Positions 23,221-35,841 are shown, numbered from the stretch's first letter. The stretch is DNA of 64,000 bases from Octopus sinensis (GCF_006345805.1 NC_043016.1:11718001-11782000), one strand, 5' to 3'. The notes: generated by a model not told the origin, from the letters alone. Translations and numbers: made by a program.

Positions 23221-23427
23221 GTGAAGTCGAAGTCTGTGAAACAATGCATTCAGTTCTATTATTTGTGGAAGAAAGTTTGTCCGGATGAATATAAAAGACT
23301 CCGAACAATTCGTCGTAAAAAGGAAAGTGAAGCTATTTACCGTCTAAGAAATCAGCAGCGTGAGGAATCCAATACCGAAGTCCCAAATTTTAAGAGCAAT
23401 CTAAAAGAACCAGTTGAAAGAAAAACT
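23221..23427 (+). CDS. ZNF541/TRERF1-like: Window exon 13, SANT C-half
   Basis: tttttcAG|GTG; VKSKSVKQCIQFYYLWKKVCPDEYKRLR...PVERKT; donor GTAAGT at 23428. Confidence 0.93.
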
Positions 23428-23510
23428 GTAAGTTTATGACGTTTAGTTTTGTTGTCATTGGGCTTCTTTATTTCTTTCCCCAAAGTGAGAAATGCATTGA
23501 AGAATATTAT

Positions 23511-23872
23511 ATAGAGAATACCAAACTCTCTTTCGCTCGTTAGATACGTTTACAAGCCATGAGTTGTAATAAATACGGTATCCATAGGGAATGAGTTTGG
23601 TATTTTATTTATTACACACGAATAAACGACCATATTTTATTAACCCAATAACTAAATTCTTCACGTTTAGTTGTAACTTATGAATGACAAAAGTAGTGCC
23701 GTCACCGTGACCTCAAGTCATCACCATGGATTGACCAATCAGAAGCAGCGCTGTCACCGTGACCTCGGGTCATCACCATGGATTGACCAATCAGAAGCAG
23801 CGCTCGCAGTATCTGACATATGTTAGATACCAAAAATATCTCAAAGTGTTCTCACTCACATGTGTGTAATAA
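23511..23872 (+). mobile_element. Unclassified (Crypton-like) non-autonomous element, copy 1
   Basis: Near-identical reverse complement of 46684-47093; internal tandem repeat gtcaccgtgacctc...ggattgaccaatcagaagcagcgct; superfamily is inference. Confidence 0.65.
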
Positions 23873-24002
23873 TTCAGGATGGTAGATGGTTCATACAGTA
23901 TTTAAGTTACTTTAATTTAGCTTCGTTAACCTCTTGTCTATTTTGAAATTGCACCAAGTTAAGTGTAGTTTTTTTTTTTTTTCATGCTTCCCAGTAGTAT
24001 CA

Positions 24003-24046
<44 letters not shown>

Positions 24047-24064
24047 TGCTGCTACTGCTGCTGC

Positions 24065-24095
<31 letters not shown>
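24003..24095. repeat. (CTG)n-(TTG)n compound microsatellite in intron 13
   Basis: Read directly from sequence. Confidence 0.95.
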
Positions 24096-24097
<2 letters not shown>

Positions 24098-24109
24098 ATT
24101 CTAGGTTAA

Positions 24110-24325
24110 CCCGTCAGCATTCAAACCGGCCATATCCAGCCAAAATATTCTACCTGTTTTAAGTTCAAAGTGACCAGATCCTGCCTCTCACACCTATCTT
24201 ATAATGTCATTCTAAAAATAGTCTCATCATCAAAAGCTCAAAGATACCAAATAATGCATGATTAATTCAAAACGACAGAAATAAATACGCTTTACATTTG
24301 AGAGTATAATATGAATGTCAAGGGG
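24110..24325. mobile_element. TTAA-flanked MITE, family 2
   Basis: TTAA at 24106-24109 and 24326-24329; the same body occurs at 41512-41720, about 49991-50212, 57190-57374, 19950-20117, 26440-26610(-). Confidence 0.8.
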
Positions 24326-25577
24326 TTAAGGCAGGAAGCTGGCATAATTGTTAGCACAATGGGCAAAATGCTTAGCAACATTCTGTCCATCTTTACATTC
24401 TGAGTTCAAATTCCACCAAAGCCAGCTTTGCCTTGCATTCTTGTGGGGGTCGATAAAATAAGTACCAGTTGAATACTAGGGGTCGATGTAATTGACTTAC
24501 CCCTTCCCCTGAAATTGTACCAAAATTTGAAACCATTATTTAATTCTAGGTTAAAGGTGGCAAGAGCTCAGATTCATTAGAGTGCCAGAGAAAATGCTTT
24601 GCAAAATTCTGAGTTCAAATGCTGCCAAGGTCAACTTTGTCTTTAATTTTTGGTGGGGATTGATAAAGTACCATTCAAATATTAGGGTCCCTCCCCACTT
24701 ATTTCAAGTCTTGTTCCTATATTAGAAATGATTATTTAACCAAACATAAGCCCTGGTTGAGCAGACCTATGATCATTAAACACTTTTTTTCTTCCCTACA
24801 TAGTATACATTACCCACTAGATTATCTTAACTTTTTTTAAGATGCTTGGATGTGATTTGAGGGGAATTTAGCCATGAACTATGGAAATAAGATGTGTTTT
24901 GGCATGGTTTCTACAGCTGAGTGCTCTTCCTAATGCCATCCACTTTACAGAGTGTACTGGGTGCTTTTTACGTGGCACAAACAATGGTGAAGGTGTGGCT
25001 ATGTGATAAGCTTGCTTCCCAATCACATGGCACCTTGGGCAAGTATCTTCTACAATAGCCTTGGGATGACCAAAGCCTTGTGAGCGGATTTGGTAGACGG
25101 AACCTGAAAGAAGCCCGTTGTATATATATATATATATTTTTTCATATATGTATTTATGTGTGTGTCTGTGTTTGTCCCCCCCCCCCCATCACCATTTGAC
25201 AACCAGTGCTGGTGTGTTTACATCCCCAAAACCTGGCGGTTCAGCAAAAGAGGCCGATAAAATAAGTACTAGGCTTCGAAATAAAAAGTTCTAGGGTCAA
25301 TTGGTTGAACTAAAATGCCTCAAGGTGGTGCCCCAGCATGGCCGCAGTCAACTGATTGAAACGATTAAAAGGTAAAGCGGTAAAAGGCAATGGACTTGCA
25401 AGACAAGACCCCTTAACTAAATGGGGCACAACATTGAATGAGCTGAAAGTATAATAGGGGGGACAAGAGCAAATGTCTTGCTTAGAGGATGAATAACTAG
25501 TTTCCCCATCTGGTGAGAGAAGGGGAGATGTGGGGGATCAAGACAGAAGGTGATTATGAAAGAGATAGAACAGGGTA

Positions 25578-26176
25578 TATTGCTTTACTACCCACAAGGG
25601 GCTACACACAGAGGGGACAAACAAGGACAGACAAAGGGATTAAGACGATTACATCGACTCCAGTGCGTAACTGGTACTTAATTTATCGACCCCAAAAGGA
25701 TGAAAGGCAAAGTCAACCTCGGCGGAATTTGAACTCAGAACGCAGTGGCAGACGAAATACCTATTTCTTTACTGCCCACAAGGGGCTACACACAGAGGGG
25801 ACAAACAAGGACAGACAAACGGATTAAGTCGACTATATTAATCCCAGTGCGTAACTGGTACTTATTTAATCGACCCCGAAAGGATGAAAGGCAAAGTCAA
25901 CCTCGGCGGAATTTGAACTCAGAACGCAGTGGCAGACGAAATGCCTATTTCTTTACTGCCCACAAGGGGCTAAACACAGAGGGGACAAACAAGGACAGAC
26001 AAACGGATTAAGTCGACTATATCGATCCCAGTGCGTAACTGGTACTTATTTAATCGACCCCAAAAGGATGAAAGGCAAAGTCGACCTCAACGGAATTTGA
26101 ACTCAGAACGCAGTGGCAGACGAAATACTGCTAAGCATTTCGCCCGGCATGCTAATGTTTCTGCCAGCTCGCCAGC
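25578..26176 (-). mobile_element. Family-B SINE trimer inside one 12-bp TSD
   Basis: One head plus three tandem body units of about 185 nt; TSD tagaacagggta at 25566-25577 and 26177-26188. Confidence 0.9.
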
Positions 26177-27278
26177 TAGAACAGGGTAGATGAACGCTGA
26201 CCCTTACCAGTGCATGAGAAAAAGGAAGCCTCTACATAATCATTTTATTTGGTGGCAATAACAGTCAAATCTCATTCAAATCACACCTTGCTGTCTTCAA
26301 AGAAAACAGAGCAAATGGTTGGACACACTGGACAATGTATCCCTACTTGAACGACAAAAGACAGGATGGTCAAAGGTGGAAAGCTTTTCATCCATAGGTC
26401 TGCTTTTTCAGGGCTGACCAAGATTTAGCTCCTTTGGCATTCAGATCACAATTGTCAAATGTAATGCTCACTTATTCTCATTGTTTTCAATTAATCGTGC
26501 ATCATCTCAAAGCTCCAAGATGGCCTTGTAGGGTAGGTGTGAGAGGCCTGATCTGGCCAGTTTCATCATAAAACAAGGTAAAATATTTAGGACAGGCATG
26601 GCTGGTTTAAACATCACCGACTCCATTGTTAATATTCTTATCATTTTCTTTACTCAGTGCCGCCTTGGCTGGCTTCCGTGCCGGTGGCACGTTAAAAGTA
26701 CCAACCAATCGTGGCCGATGCCGGACCCCCCTGGCACCTGTGCAGGTGGCACGTAAAAAGCACCCACTACACTCGCGAAGTGGTTGGCATTAGGAAGGGC
26801 ATCCAGTCGTAGAAACACTGCCAGATCAGACTGGAGCCTGGTGCTGCCCCTGGCTTCCCAGACCCCCGGTCGAACCGTCCAACCCATGCTAGCGCGGAAA
26901 ACGGACGTTAAACGATGATGATGATGATGATGATGATGTTACTCATTGCATAAGACAAATCACATGTCAGAGAAACCCCATGGTTTTTATGATTAGACTC
27001 ATTAGTCAAACTATTTAATGAGTAATGAGCAGGCAGAATCGTTAAATTAGATACTTGTAGTATCTAATTATGGCTCTTCGTATTTATTTCTTTATTGCCC
27101 ATAGGTGGGAGTGCTAAACGTAGAGGGGGGATAAACAAGGACAGACAAAGGGATTACATCAACCCCAGTGTGTAACTGGTACTTGTCTGTAACTCATTGC
27201 AAAACAAATATCTCAAGAGGCTTCATTCTTAAAACATTTGTTTCTGATCAGTTTCCTTGCTGATGCTTACATTGGTCA

Positions 27279-27315
<37 letters not shown>

Positions 27316-27568
27316 ATGCGTTTGTGTGTGCGCACACACTTCAACACTACATACCAAATGGCACTCACACACAATGTATTGATCAATCATGAAACTGTGT
27401 TGAAACATGACGCTCACCCAATGAGAACTCAAACAAAAGATTGCACTAAGAGCTCTGTAGTTGAGAGGAGGAATTTCTAACTATACAACTGTTGATGTAG
27501 TACTTTGCTGAGAAACCTTATCTTATGCCATGTTATTATTTGGGTCTTTTTTTTTTTCCCTCCCACAG

Positions 27569-27640
27569 GAGAATTTTGAAATGGAGAGTAAAAACCAAAT
27601 AAACTCTTCATTTCGTTGTGATTACCCTGATTGCAGTCTT
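27569..27640 (+). CDS. ZNF541/TRERF1-like: Window exon 14, first half of C2H2 finger
   Basis: tcccacAG|GAG; ENFEMESKNQINSSFRCDYPDCSL; donor GTGAGT at 27641. Confidence 0.88.
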
Positions 27641-27702
27641 GTGAGTATCTTTACATCTTCATGTATAATTAGCAATTGATTGCTTCGCTTCTACTTTGAT
27701 TG

Positions 27703-28888
27703 TAATGGAAACACCTTAAAATTTCAAACAAATTAATTTTGATATGGGGATAGGACCGCCTTTGGACATAAATACAACTTGAATTCTATGAGGTATGGAC
27801 TCGTACAAAGTTTGAATTGTTTCCAAAGGAATTATTGTCCATTCTTCAGCTAAAACAGTCTCCAGTTCTTGTAGTGATGATGGTGGAGGATATTGACTCC
27901 TTACTTGTTTTTCTAAAAGGCACCATAAATGTTCGATGATATTGAAATCTGAGGACTGTGATGGCCAGATAAGATGTTCAACTACACTAGAATGTTCCTT
28001 GTGTATGAATTGGTGCATTATCATCCTGAAAGATTGGGTTTCCTTCCGGAAACATTTCCACAACCATAGGATGAATTTGACCAGATAAAATGCTTAATTA
28101 GTCTTGACTATTAATTCTGCCATGAAAGGAAACCATTGGGCTGACAAATCATCATAGATCCTGCTCCATGTTTAACAGTTGGAAGAAGGCAGTCTGGGTC
28201 AAATGCTTCTTTTGGCTGTCTCCACATGTAGACTCAGCCAGCGGTCGGAAATAAGGCAAAGGATGACTCATCCAAGGAAATAGCATTCTTCTACTGCTTT
28301 ATGGACCAATTGTGTAGGTTTTTACTCCACTCTAAACACGTTGCAACATTTGTTTTTGAAAGTAGCGGTTTTCTGATTGCAGCCCTCCTTTGAAATCTGG
28401 CTTTGTGCAGCTCATGGTCATTAGGTTCTGCATTAATTTTGAGAGCTCTACTTTTGTGATCCTTTCTAACAATCAGTGTAAGAGTCCAATGGTCCTTACC
28501 TGAAAGTTTTGGTTTTCTTCCGGAGTTTTGTTTCGGAGAGGAGGTTTCTCCCTCTTTCTCAAAGGCTGTCATTACTTTCGAGACAGTACTTCTTGATACA
28601 CCAAATATTTCGGCCTGTTTTCATTACACTAGTGCCTGCCATACGAACACCAACAATTTGACCTCTTTGAAAGTTCGACAGATCTGTCGTTTTAATGAAT
28701 TTTAATTACCTTTTTCTGATGATATCTGAAAAGAAAGAGCGATTTTAGCAAAACATATTAAGCAACACTAATAATAAATAAAAAAACATAAAAAGCTTTT
28801 GATGGTTTTATAAACAAGCTTTTGATGGTTTTATAGATATTTCACAATTATGATGCTAGGTGTTTCCATTATTTTGTTCCAACTCCTA
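27703..28888 (-). mobile_element. Decayed Tc1-like transposon
   Basis: ORF pieces 28291-28572 (GRKPKLS...AIRKPLL) and 27716-28063 (WPSQSSDFNIIEHLW); taatggaaacacct at 27703-27716 is inverted at about 28859-28872; terminal TA at 28889-28890. Confidence 0.88.
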
Positions 28889-29188
28889 TATACACACACA
28901 TACACAGATGGTTGTGGTTGAGTAGCTAATGAGAAAGGCTCAGATCATGTTTGATATTAAAAACAGTCAAGATTAGCTGTAAATTTACTGTGGTACATTC
29001 CTCTGTGTGAATGTGTGTGTACATTTGTAAACCCAAAATTTAATCATAAGTATTATTATTATAAGCTTTGCATTTGTAATTAAACTTTACCAATTTTAAA
29101 ATAATGATGATAATAATAATAATAGTAATAATGATAATAATCCCTTAATAAATCTCCGAATGAGATGTAAACAGTAACCGCTCGACAA

Positions 29189-29438
29189 CGTAAAGTGTAC
29201 TAGCCATCTCAATGTGGCCAGCCACTGGGGGTGGGTGTTACTGAAGCTTTTACCCCAGGAGATCATCGTCTCCAGCTGGCTTTAGGCACACTTTCTGTGC
29301 CTTTCTGATATTTGCGAATATCAGAAAGGCACAGAAAGTGTGTCTACCCAGCTGGAGACGATGATCTCCTGGGGCTAAAAGCTTCAGTACACCCGCCGCC
29401 AGTGGCTGGCCACATTGAGATGGCTAGTACACTTTACG
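29189..29438. repeat. 250-bp near-perfect palindrome (4-nt loop 29313-29316)
   Basis: The arms are reverse complements apart from a few mismatches and small indels. Confidence 0.95.
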
Positions 29439-29539
29439 ATAATAATCCCCTTTTACATTTAAACAAATAATTGGTTTGTTTGATGATGATGATGATGTTA
29501 AACAATAATACATGAATTTTCAAAACTCGTATTTTTCAG

Positions 29540-29727
29540 ATTTTCAACTCTAGACAGGTTTTAAATAACCACATGAGAATTCATGGAAAAACTGTGAGTA
29601 GCAACTCTACAAGAGTAGAATCAGTGATGACATCCACTACGTCATCACAACATACAACAGCAACAACCAATTCTGCTCCAACACAAACTGTTCCGGTCAT
29701 TGATTATCCTTGTAAACTGTGTGGAAA
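29540..29727 (+). CDS. ZNF541/TRERF1-like: Window exon 15, second half of finger plus start of last finger
   Basis: tttttcAG|ATT; IFNSRQVLNNHMRIHGKT...IDYPCKLCGK; donor GTAAGT at 29728, phase 2. Confidence 0.9.
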
Positions 29728-29814
29728 GTAAGTGATTTGTTGAAACAAACAGTAAAACCTTATCGTGTTTCATGTGAAGGTGCATGACTTTGTGGTTAGG
29801 GTATTCAGCTCACA

Positions 29815-30221
29815 AAGGCGGCGAGCTGGCAGAAACGTTAGCACGCTGGACGAAATGCTTAGTGGTATTTCGTCTGCCGTTATGTTCTGATATAATCGGC
29901 TTAATCCATTTGTTTGTCCTTGTTTGTCTTCTCTGTGTTTAGCCCCTTGTGGTTAGTAAAGATATAGGTATTTCATCTGTCTTTACGTTTTGAGTTCAAA
30001 TTCTGCCAAGGTCGTCTTTGCCTTTCATCCTTTCGGGGTTGATTAAATAAGTACCAGTTACGCACTGGGGTTGATATAATCGACTTAATCCATTTATCTG
30101 TCCTTGTTTGTCCTCTCTGTGTTTAGCCCCTTGTGGGTAGTAAAAAAATAGGTATTTCATCTGTCTTTACGTTTTGAGTTCAAATGTTTAGCCCCTTGTG
30201 GGTAACAAAGAAATAGAAATA
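29815..30221 (+). mobile_element. Family-B SINE multimer inserted in a family-D SINE
   Basis: TSD ggtattcagctcaca at 29800-29814 and 30222-30236; three tail copies inside. Confidence 0.88.
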
Positions 30222-31349
30222 GGTATTCAGCTCACAGTCATAAAGTTGTGAGTTCAATTCTGGGCAGTGCATTGTGTCCTTGAGCAAGACACTTTATTCC
30301 ATGTTGCTTCAGTTCAGTCAGCTGGCAAAAACAAGACACTGACTTCATATTCATAAATGTAAGGTAAAAGTACTTGCAACTTTTAACCACAAAATTGTGA
30401 GTTCCACTTTCCATAAATTATTTCAGTCTGCTGTGTAATCAGCAGACTGATTACCTTAATGAATGCCTAAACCATTTCCCGGTAAAAACACATTGACATC
30501 ATCTCGTTATTGTTGTTGCTCTTTAGCCACCTTGATTAAAAAGTATTCCAGTTGAGAACATCCCCTCCTCCAAAAAAAAAATTAATGTAATTAATGTATC
30601 TACATAGAGGCTTCCTCTGTGTAACTTGTGGTGATGGTGCTTCTGTACTGTAACTCCCTTACTACATTATTTTATTAACATAGGCACAGGAGTGGCTCTG
30701 TGGTAAGTAGCCTGCTTACCAACCACACGGTTCCGGGTTCAGTCCCACTGCGTGGCAGCTTGAGCAAGTGTCTTCTACTATAGCCTCGGGCCAACCAAAG
30801 CCTTGTGAGTGGATTTGGTAGACGGAAACTGAAAGAAACCTGTCGTATATATATGTGTGTGTGTGTGTGTGTCTGTGTTTGTCCCCCCAACATCGCTTGA
30901 CAACTGATGCCGGTATGTTTACGTCCCCGTTACTTAGCGGTTCGGCAAAAGAGACCGATCGAATAAGTACTAGGCTTACAAAGAATAAGACCTGGGGTCG
31001 ATTTGCTCGACTAAAAGGCGGTGCTCCAGCATGGCCGCAGTCAAATGACTGAAACAAGTAAAAAAAGAAGAAAAACAAAAAAAAAGAGAACTTAAATATT
31101 TTTTTGAAGTTTGGTGTAGAAGAAGGGGCTGCAGGAAAGGGATACGGGATGTTTTGGTGCCACCTGTTGGGCATCGCTGATTCAATGCTGGCTCATTTAA
31201 CATCAGACTTAACAACCTTTTTTAATTTTTCATTCTCTCTCTCTCATGTTTATGTGTGTGAGCTTGTTTCCCTTTATGCATCTGAGGAGAGGGAAAGTGT
31301 TCATGTCAGTCATGTCCAATTAATATATTGTAATCTCTCTCTCTCTCTC

Positions 31350-31383
<34 letters not shown>

Positions 31384-32498
31384 ACTTACTCATTCTGACT
31401 CTCAATCTCTCTCTCTCTCTCATTTACTCACCCTGACTCTCTCTCTCCTATTGTTTATGTGTGGTCATATTTCCCATATGTGTCTAAGGAGAGAGAAAAA
31501 TGTTTATGTCAATCTTGTTCCGTTAATGAATTGTAATGTTTCCCTATCTGCATGTGTTTATTCCTCTGTGTGCGTGTGCGCCTCCAACTCCAGAAAGTAT
31601 TGTCAAAGAGGGCTGAATACCCAGTCAGCTGGCCAAATTGTCAATGTCCTCCAAACAGCCACACCAAGTCATCTCATTCTGACAGGAAAGACACACAAAG
31701 GGAGAAATTAAACAGAGCTGATGTTCTATGGAAGAATGACTGTCTGTGGTGGTTTGATGGTGTTGGGCACCATTTAACATCCATTTTCCATGCTGGCAAT
31801 GTTTAAACAGTTTGACTGACTGTAAAGCTGTGGACGGCTGCACCAGGTTCCAATTATCTGTTTTGGTATGGTTTCTTCTGCTGGATGCCCTTCCTAATAC
31901 CAACCACTTTACAGAGTGTACTGGGTGCTTTTTTATGTGGCACCAGCATGGGTGCTTTTTGTGTGACAAAGCACCAATCCAATCGTGGCCGTTTGCCAGC
32001 CTCGTCTGGCACCTGTGCTGGTGGCACGTAAAAAGCACCCACTACACTCATGGAGTAGTTGGCATTAGGAAGGGCATCCAGCCGTAGAAACACTGCCAGA
32101 TCTGACTGGAGCCTGGTGCAGCCTTCTAGCTTCCCAGACCCCAGTTGAACTGTCCAACCCATGCTAGCATGGAGAACGGACGTTAAACGACGATGATGAT
32201 GATGATGATGATGATCAGCACAGATGCTTTTTACATGGCATTATTAGCTCAGGTGCTTTTCACACTCTGGTATTGAGGTATAACATTGTCTGTATTCTAA
32301 TCCCAACGTACAACATTTGCTAAGATTTACAAAATTATATCCTCAGAGTTAATATGAAAAAGTATTAATGTAGTCAATCAGATGTATCTTCTCCTGTTTG
32401 AACCATTGAAATGAAAAATGTTCATGTCCTGTCCAATAAAACTGTAATAATATATTCCCTCTCTCTTTTCTTTTCTTTTTTTTTTCTTTTTCTTACAG

Positions 32499-32595
32499 GG
32501 TATTTACTAAAATCAAAAGCCGATGTGCACACATGAAAAGCCATGCTGAAATAGTAAGAAAAGTTGCCAAATTACAAGCTGCTCCTGAAGATTGA
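32499..32595 (+). CDS. ZNF541/TRERF1-like: Window exon 16, terminal coding exon
   Basis: tcttacAG|G; VFTKIKSRCAHMKSHAEIVRKVAKLQAAPED, stop TGA 32593-32595; resembles the TRERF1 terminal finger (KVFFKIKSRNAHMKTH). Confidence 0.92.
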
Positions 32596-33379
32596 TTCTT
32601 TGATTTACCATTCCTTCAGCTGGATAAGAAAATTATTAACAAACACAAGCACAATTCTTGTTTGTGTGTGCATGAGAGAGAGAAAGAGAGAGAGATGTGT
32701 GTGTGTATAAGAGTTTGTGTGAATTTGTATGTATGCGAGATGTCTTTCTGGACATATTTCTCCTATGTAAATATTGATGTATATTCATGTTGCCAAGCAT
32801 GACCTAGTGTGCATTTTTATGTGTGTATATATAGGTGTGTGTTTATATATATATATAATATGATATGTATGTATATGTATGCACACATGCATTCATACAT
32901 GTGTGAGTATGCATGCAATTCATTAATATCCATTAATATATTTTAAGAAAGAAAAACGAAAAAAATCAAAGAAGTAAATAGACTGAATTCAGTATAAATA
33001 TGCAATAATTGATGTCCTTGTATCATAAATATTGAGGGGAAGGGGTGGGGTGAAAGAAGAAGAAGAAGAAGAAAAAAGAGAGAGACAAGGACTTTGTAAT
33101 TTTTTTTGTTTGTTTGTTGTTGGGTTTTTATTGTTTATTGTTTTTTTTTTCTTCTTTCTTTCTATGTTTCTTTGCGAAACTTTTACTAATTTACATTTTA
33201 CAGTAAAGAAAGAAGAAAGGAAGGAAGGAAAAGAAATATTATATAAGTTGAGAAAATATAAAATTTGAGCAAAAAATTTTAATGTTAAATTATTTCTTTC
33301 TTTTTATCAACAAGAATGATGTGTTTCTGCCATATTGTTTCTTGTTTTGTGGCTACATTGTGTGTGTGTGTGTGTGTGC

Positions 33380-33426
<47 letters not shown>

Positions 33427-33744
33427 TATTGGGTGATGGGTTGGGGGTGGATAACAAAGATAAGAACCCCCTTAAAACAGAGTCCCAAGTGAATAACAAA
33501 TGACAAATGTGGCAATTCGAAACGTCTGTTTAGAAAAGAATACCACGAGAAACACGGTAAAAATATATAAAAAAAAAGAAAAAGAAAAAAAAAAAAGAGA
33601 AAAGAAAAAAATCAATTGACAATCTTCTTATTAGCTCATTATTGAACTCAAATTGAACTTTGCAAATTTACTTAAAAGGAAATCTTTGAAAGAAGTGTCT
33701 CACCCACATAAGGAATATGCGTATTATGTATTGGTGTGAGTATG

Positions 33745-33886
33745 AGTGTATATATATATATATATATATATATATCTATATATATATATATACATGAATG
33801 TACGTATGTATATATACGTACACATATATATGTATGAATGTGTGTACTATATATATATATATATATATGAATGTACGTATGTATTA

Positions 33887-33918
<32 letters not shown>

Positions 33919-34032
33919 GAATGTACGTATGTATATATATGTATACATATAGATAATATGTATGAATGTATGTGTACATATATATATATGAATGTAACGT
34001 ATGTATATATACGTATACATATATATGTATGA

Positions 34033-34070
<38 letters not shown>

Positions 34071-34602
34071 CTATATATATATATATATATAGTATGAATG
34101 TACATATGTATATATATGTATACATATATACATATGTATGAATGTATGTGTACATATATTATATATATATTATTATATATATATAATATACACACACACA
34201 CATACACACTTTCACAAACATAGCTGTTCACACACACAAACACATATATGTGTAGGTATGTATATATGTATGTATAGGGTGTGTTTATGTTATGGTAAGG
34301 TATGTTATATATTCTGTTCTGTACCGTTTTGTTTTTTTTTTATATCTATAATATGTGTTAAATGAAAAGTCTTACAGAAACAGACAGGTGTGTCTGTAAT
34401 AGGTTTGCTGGGTTTTTTTTTTCTTGGTTTTTTTTTACCTTCTGAAATGAGGAGAGTATGCAGAAATTGAGACATTATGAAGTGGTGGGTTGAGTGGAAA
34501 ATGGTGTGATGGAATTGAATCACCAGATTCATATATGTTATAATGCATGTGTACATGTATACATACATATATATAAACACACACACACACACATATAATA
34601 GT

Positions 34603-34636
<34 letters not shown>

Positions 34637-34758
34637 GTGTGTGTATATATATATATTATGTGTATACATATATATATATATATATATATATAATGTGTAT
34701 ACATTATATCTATATATACATATATATATATAATATATATATAACATAACATAATATA

Positions 34759-34814
<56 letters not shown>

Positions 34815-34874
34815 TATATAGATATATAATATACATATATATATAATATATATATATATATATACATACTATAT

Positions 34875-34935
<61 letters not shown>

Positions 34936-35116
34936 TTAATTTATTATATAGAAGGAGCTTCTACAGGACTAGAACTGTTTCATTCAAGAGAAATCTCAGG
35001 AAGCTCCTTACTATATAATAAATTAATTTACTGCTATGTATTGAGTACCTTATTACTGTGGTTAACCCCGAATCAACCCGGGACCTACATTATATACATA
35101 TATATATATATATATT

Positions 35117-35153
<37 letters not shown>

Positions 35154-35237
35154 ATATTATATATACATATATATATATTACATATATATATAATATATAT
35201 ATACATATATTATATATATAATATATATATATTAATA

Positions 35238-35269
<32 letters not shown>

Positions 35270-35302
35270 CATATATATTACATATATATATATATACTAT
35301 AT

Positions 35303-35352
<50 letters not shown>

Positions 35353-35744
35353 CATATATTATACATCTATAATATATATACATAATTATATATACATATA
35401 TATAGATATATATATATATATATAGATACTATACAATATATATATACATATATATATATACATATACTATATATATATATATTATATATATATTATTACA
35501 TATAATATAATTATATATATACATAATATATATATATATATATATCATATATATATATATATATAATATATATACATTATAATATATATATATATATATA
35601 TAATATATAATATACATATATAATATATATATATATAAATATTATACATATATATATATATATATTATATATACATAATATATATATACCATATATATAT
35701 ATATACATAGATATATAATAATATTACATATATATATATATAAC

Positions 35745-35777
<33 letters not shown>

Positions 35778-35801
35778 CTATATATATATATATACACATT
35801 A

Positions 35802-35841
<40 letters not shown>

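Noticed and set aside
25578-26176. CRISPR-like or prokaryotic repeat array
   Set aside because: Units are SINE bodies without unique spacers; eukaryotic context; TSD present.
32520-32535. Cys in place of the usual Asn in the last finger (SRCAH)
   Set aside because: Falls at a helix position not normally contacting DNA; no evidence of significance.
78-32595. Calling the gene a pseudogene
   Set aside because: All 16 exons keep GT-AG sites, compatible phases and conserved domain residues; the two lesions are of typical assembly-error types.
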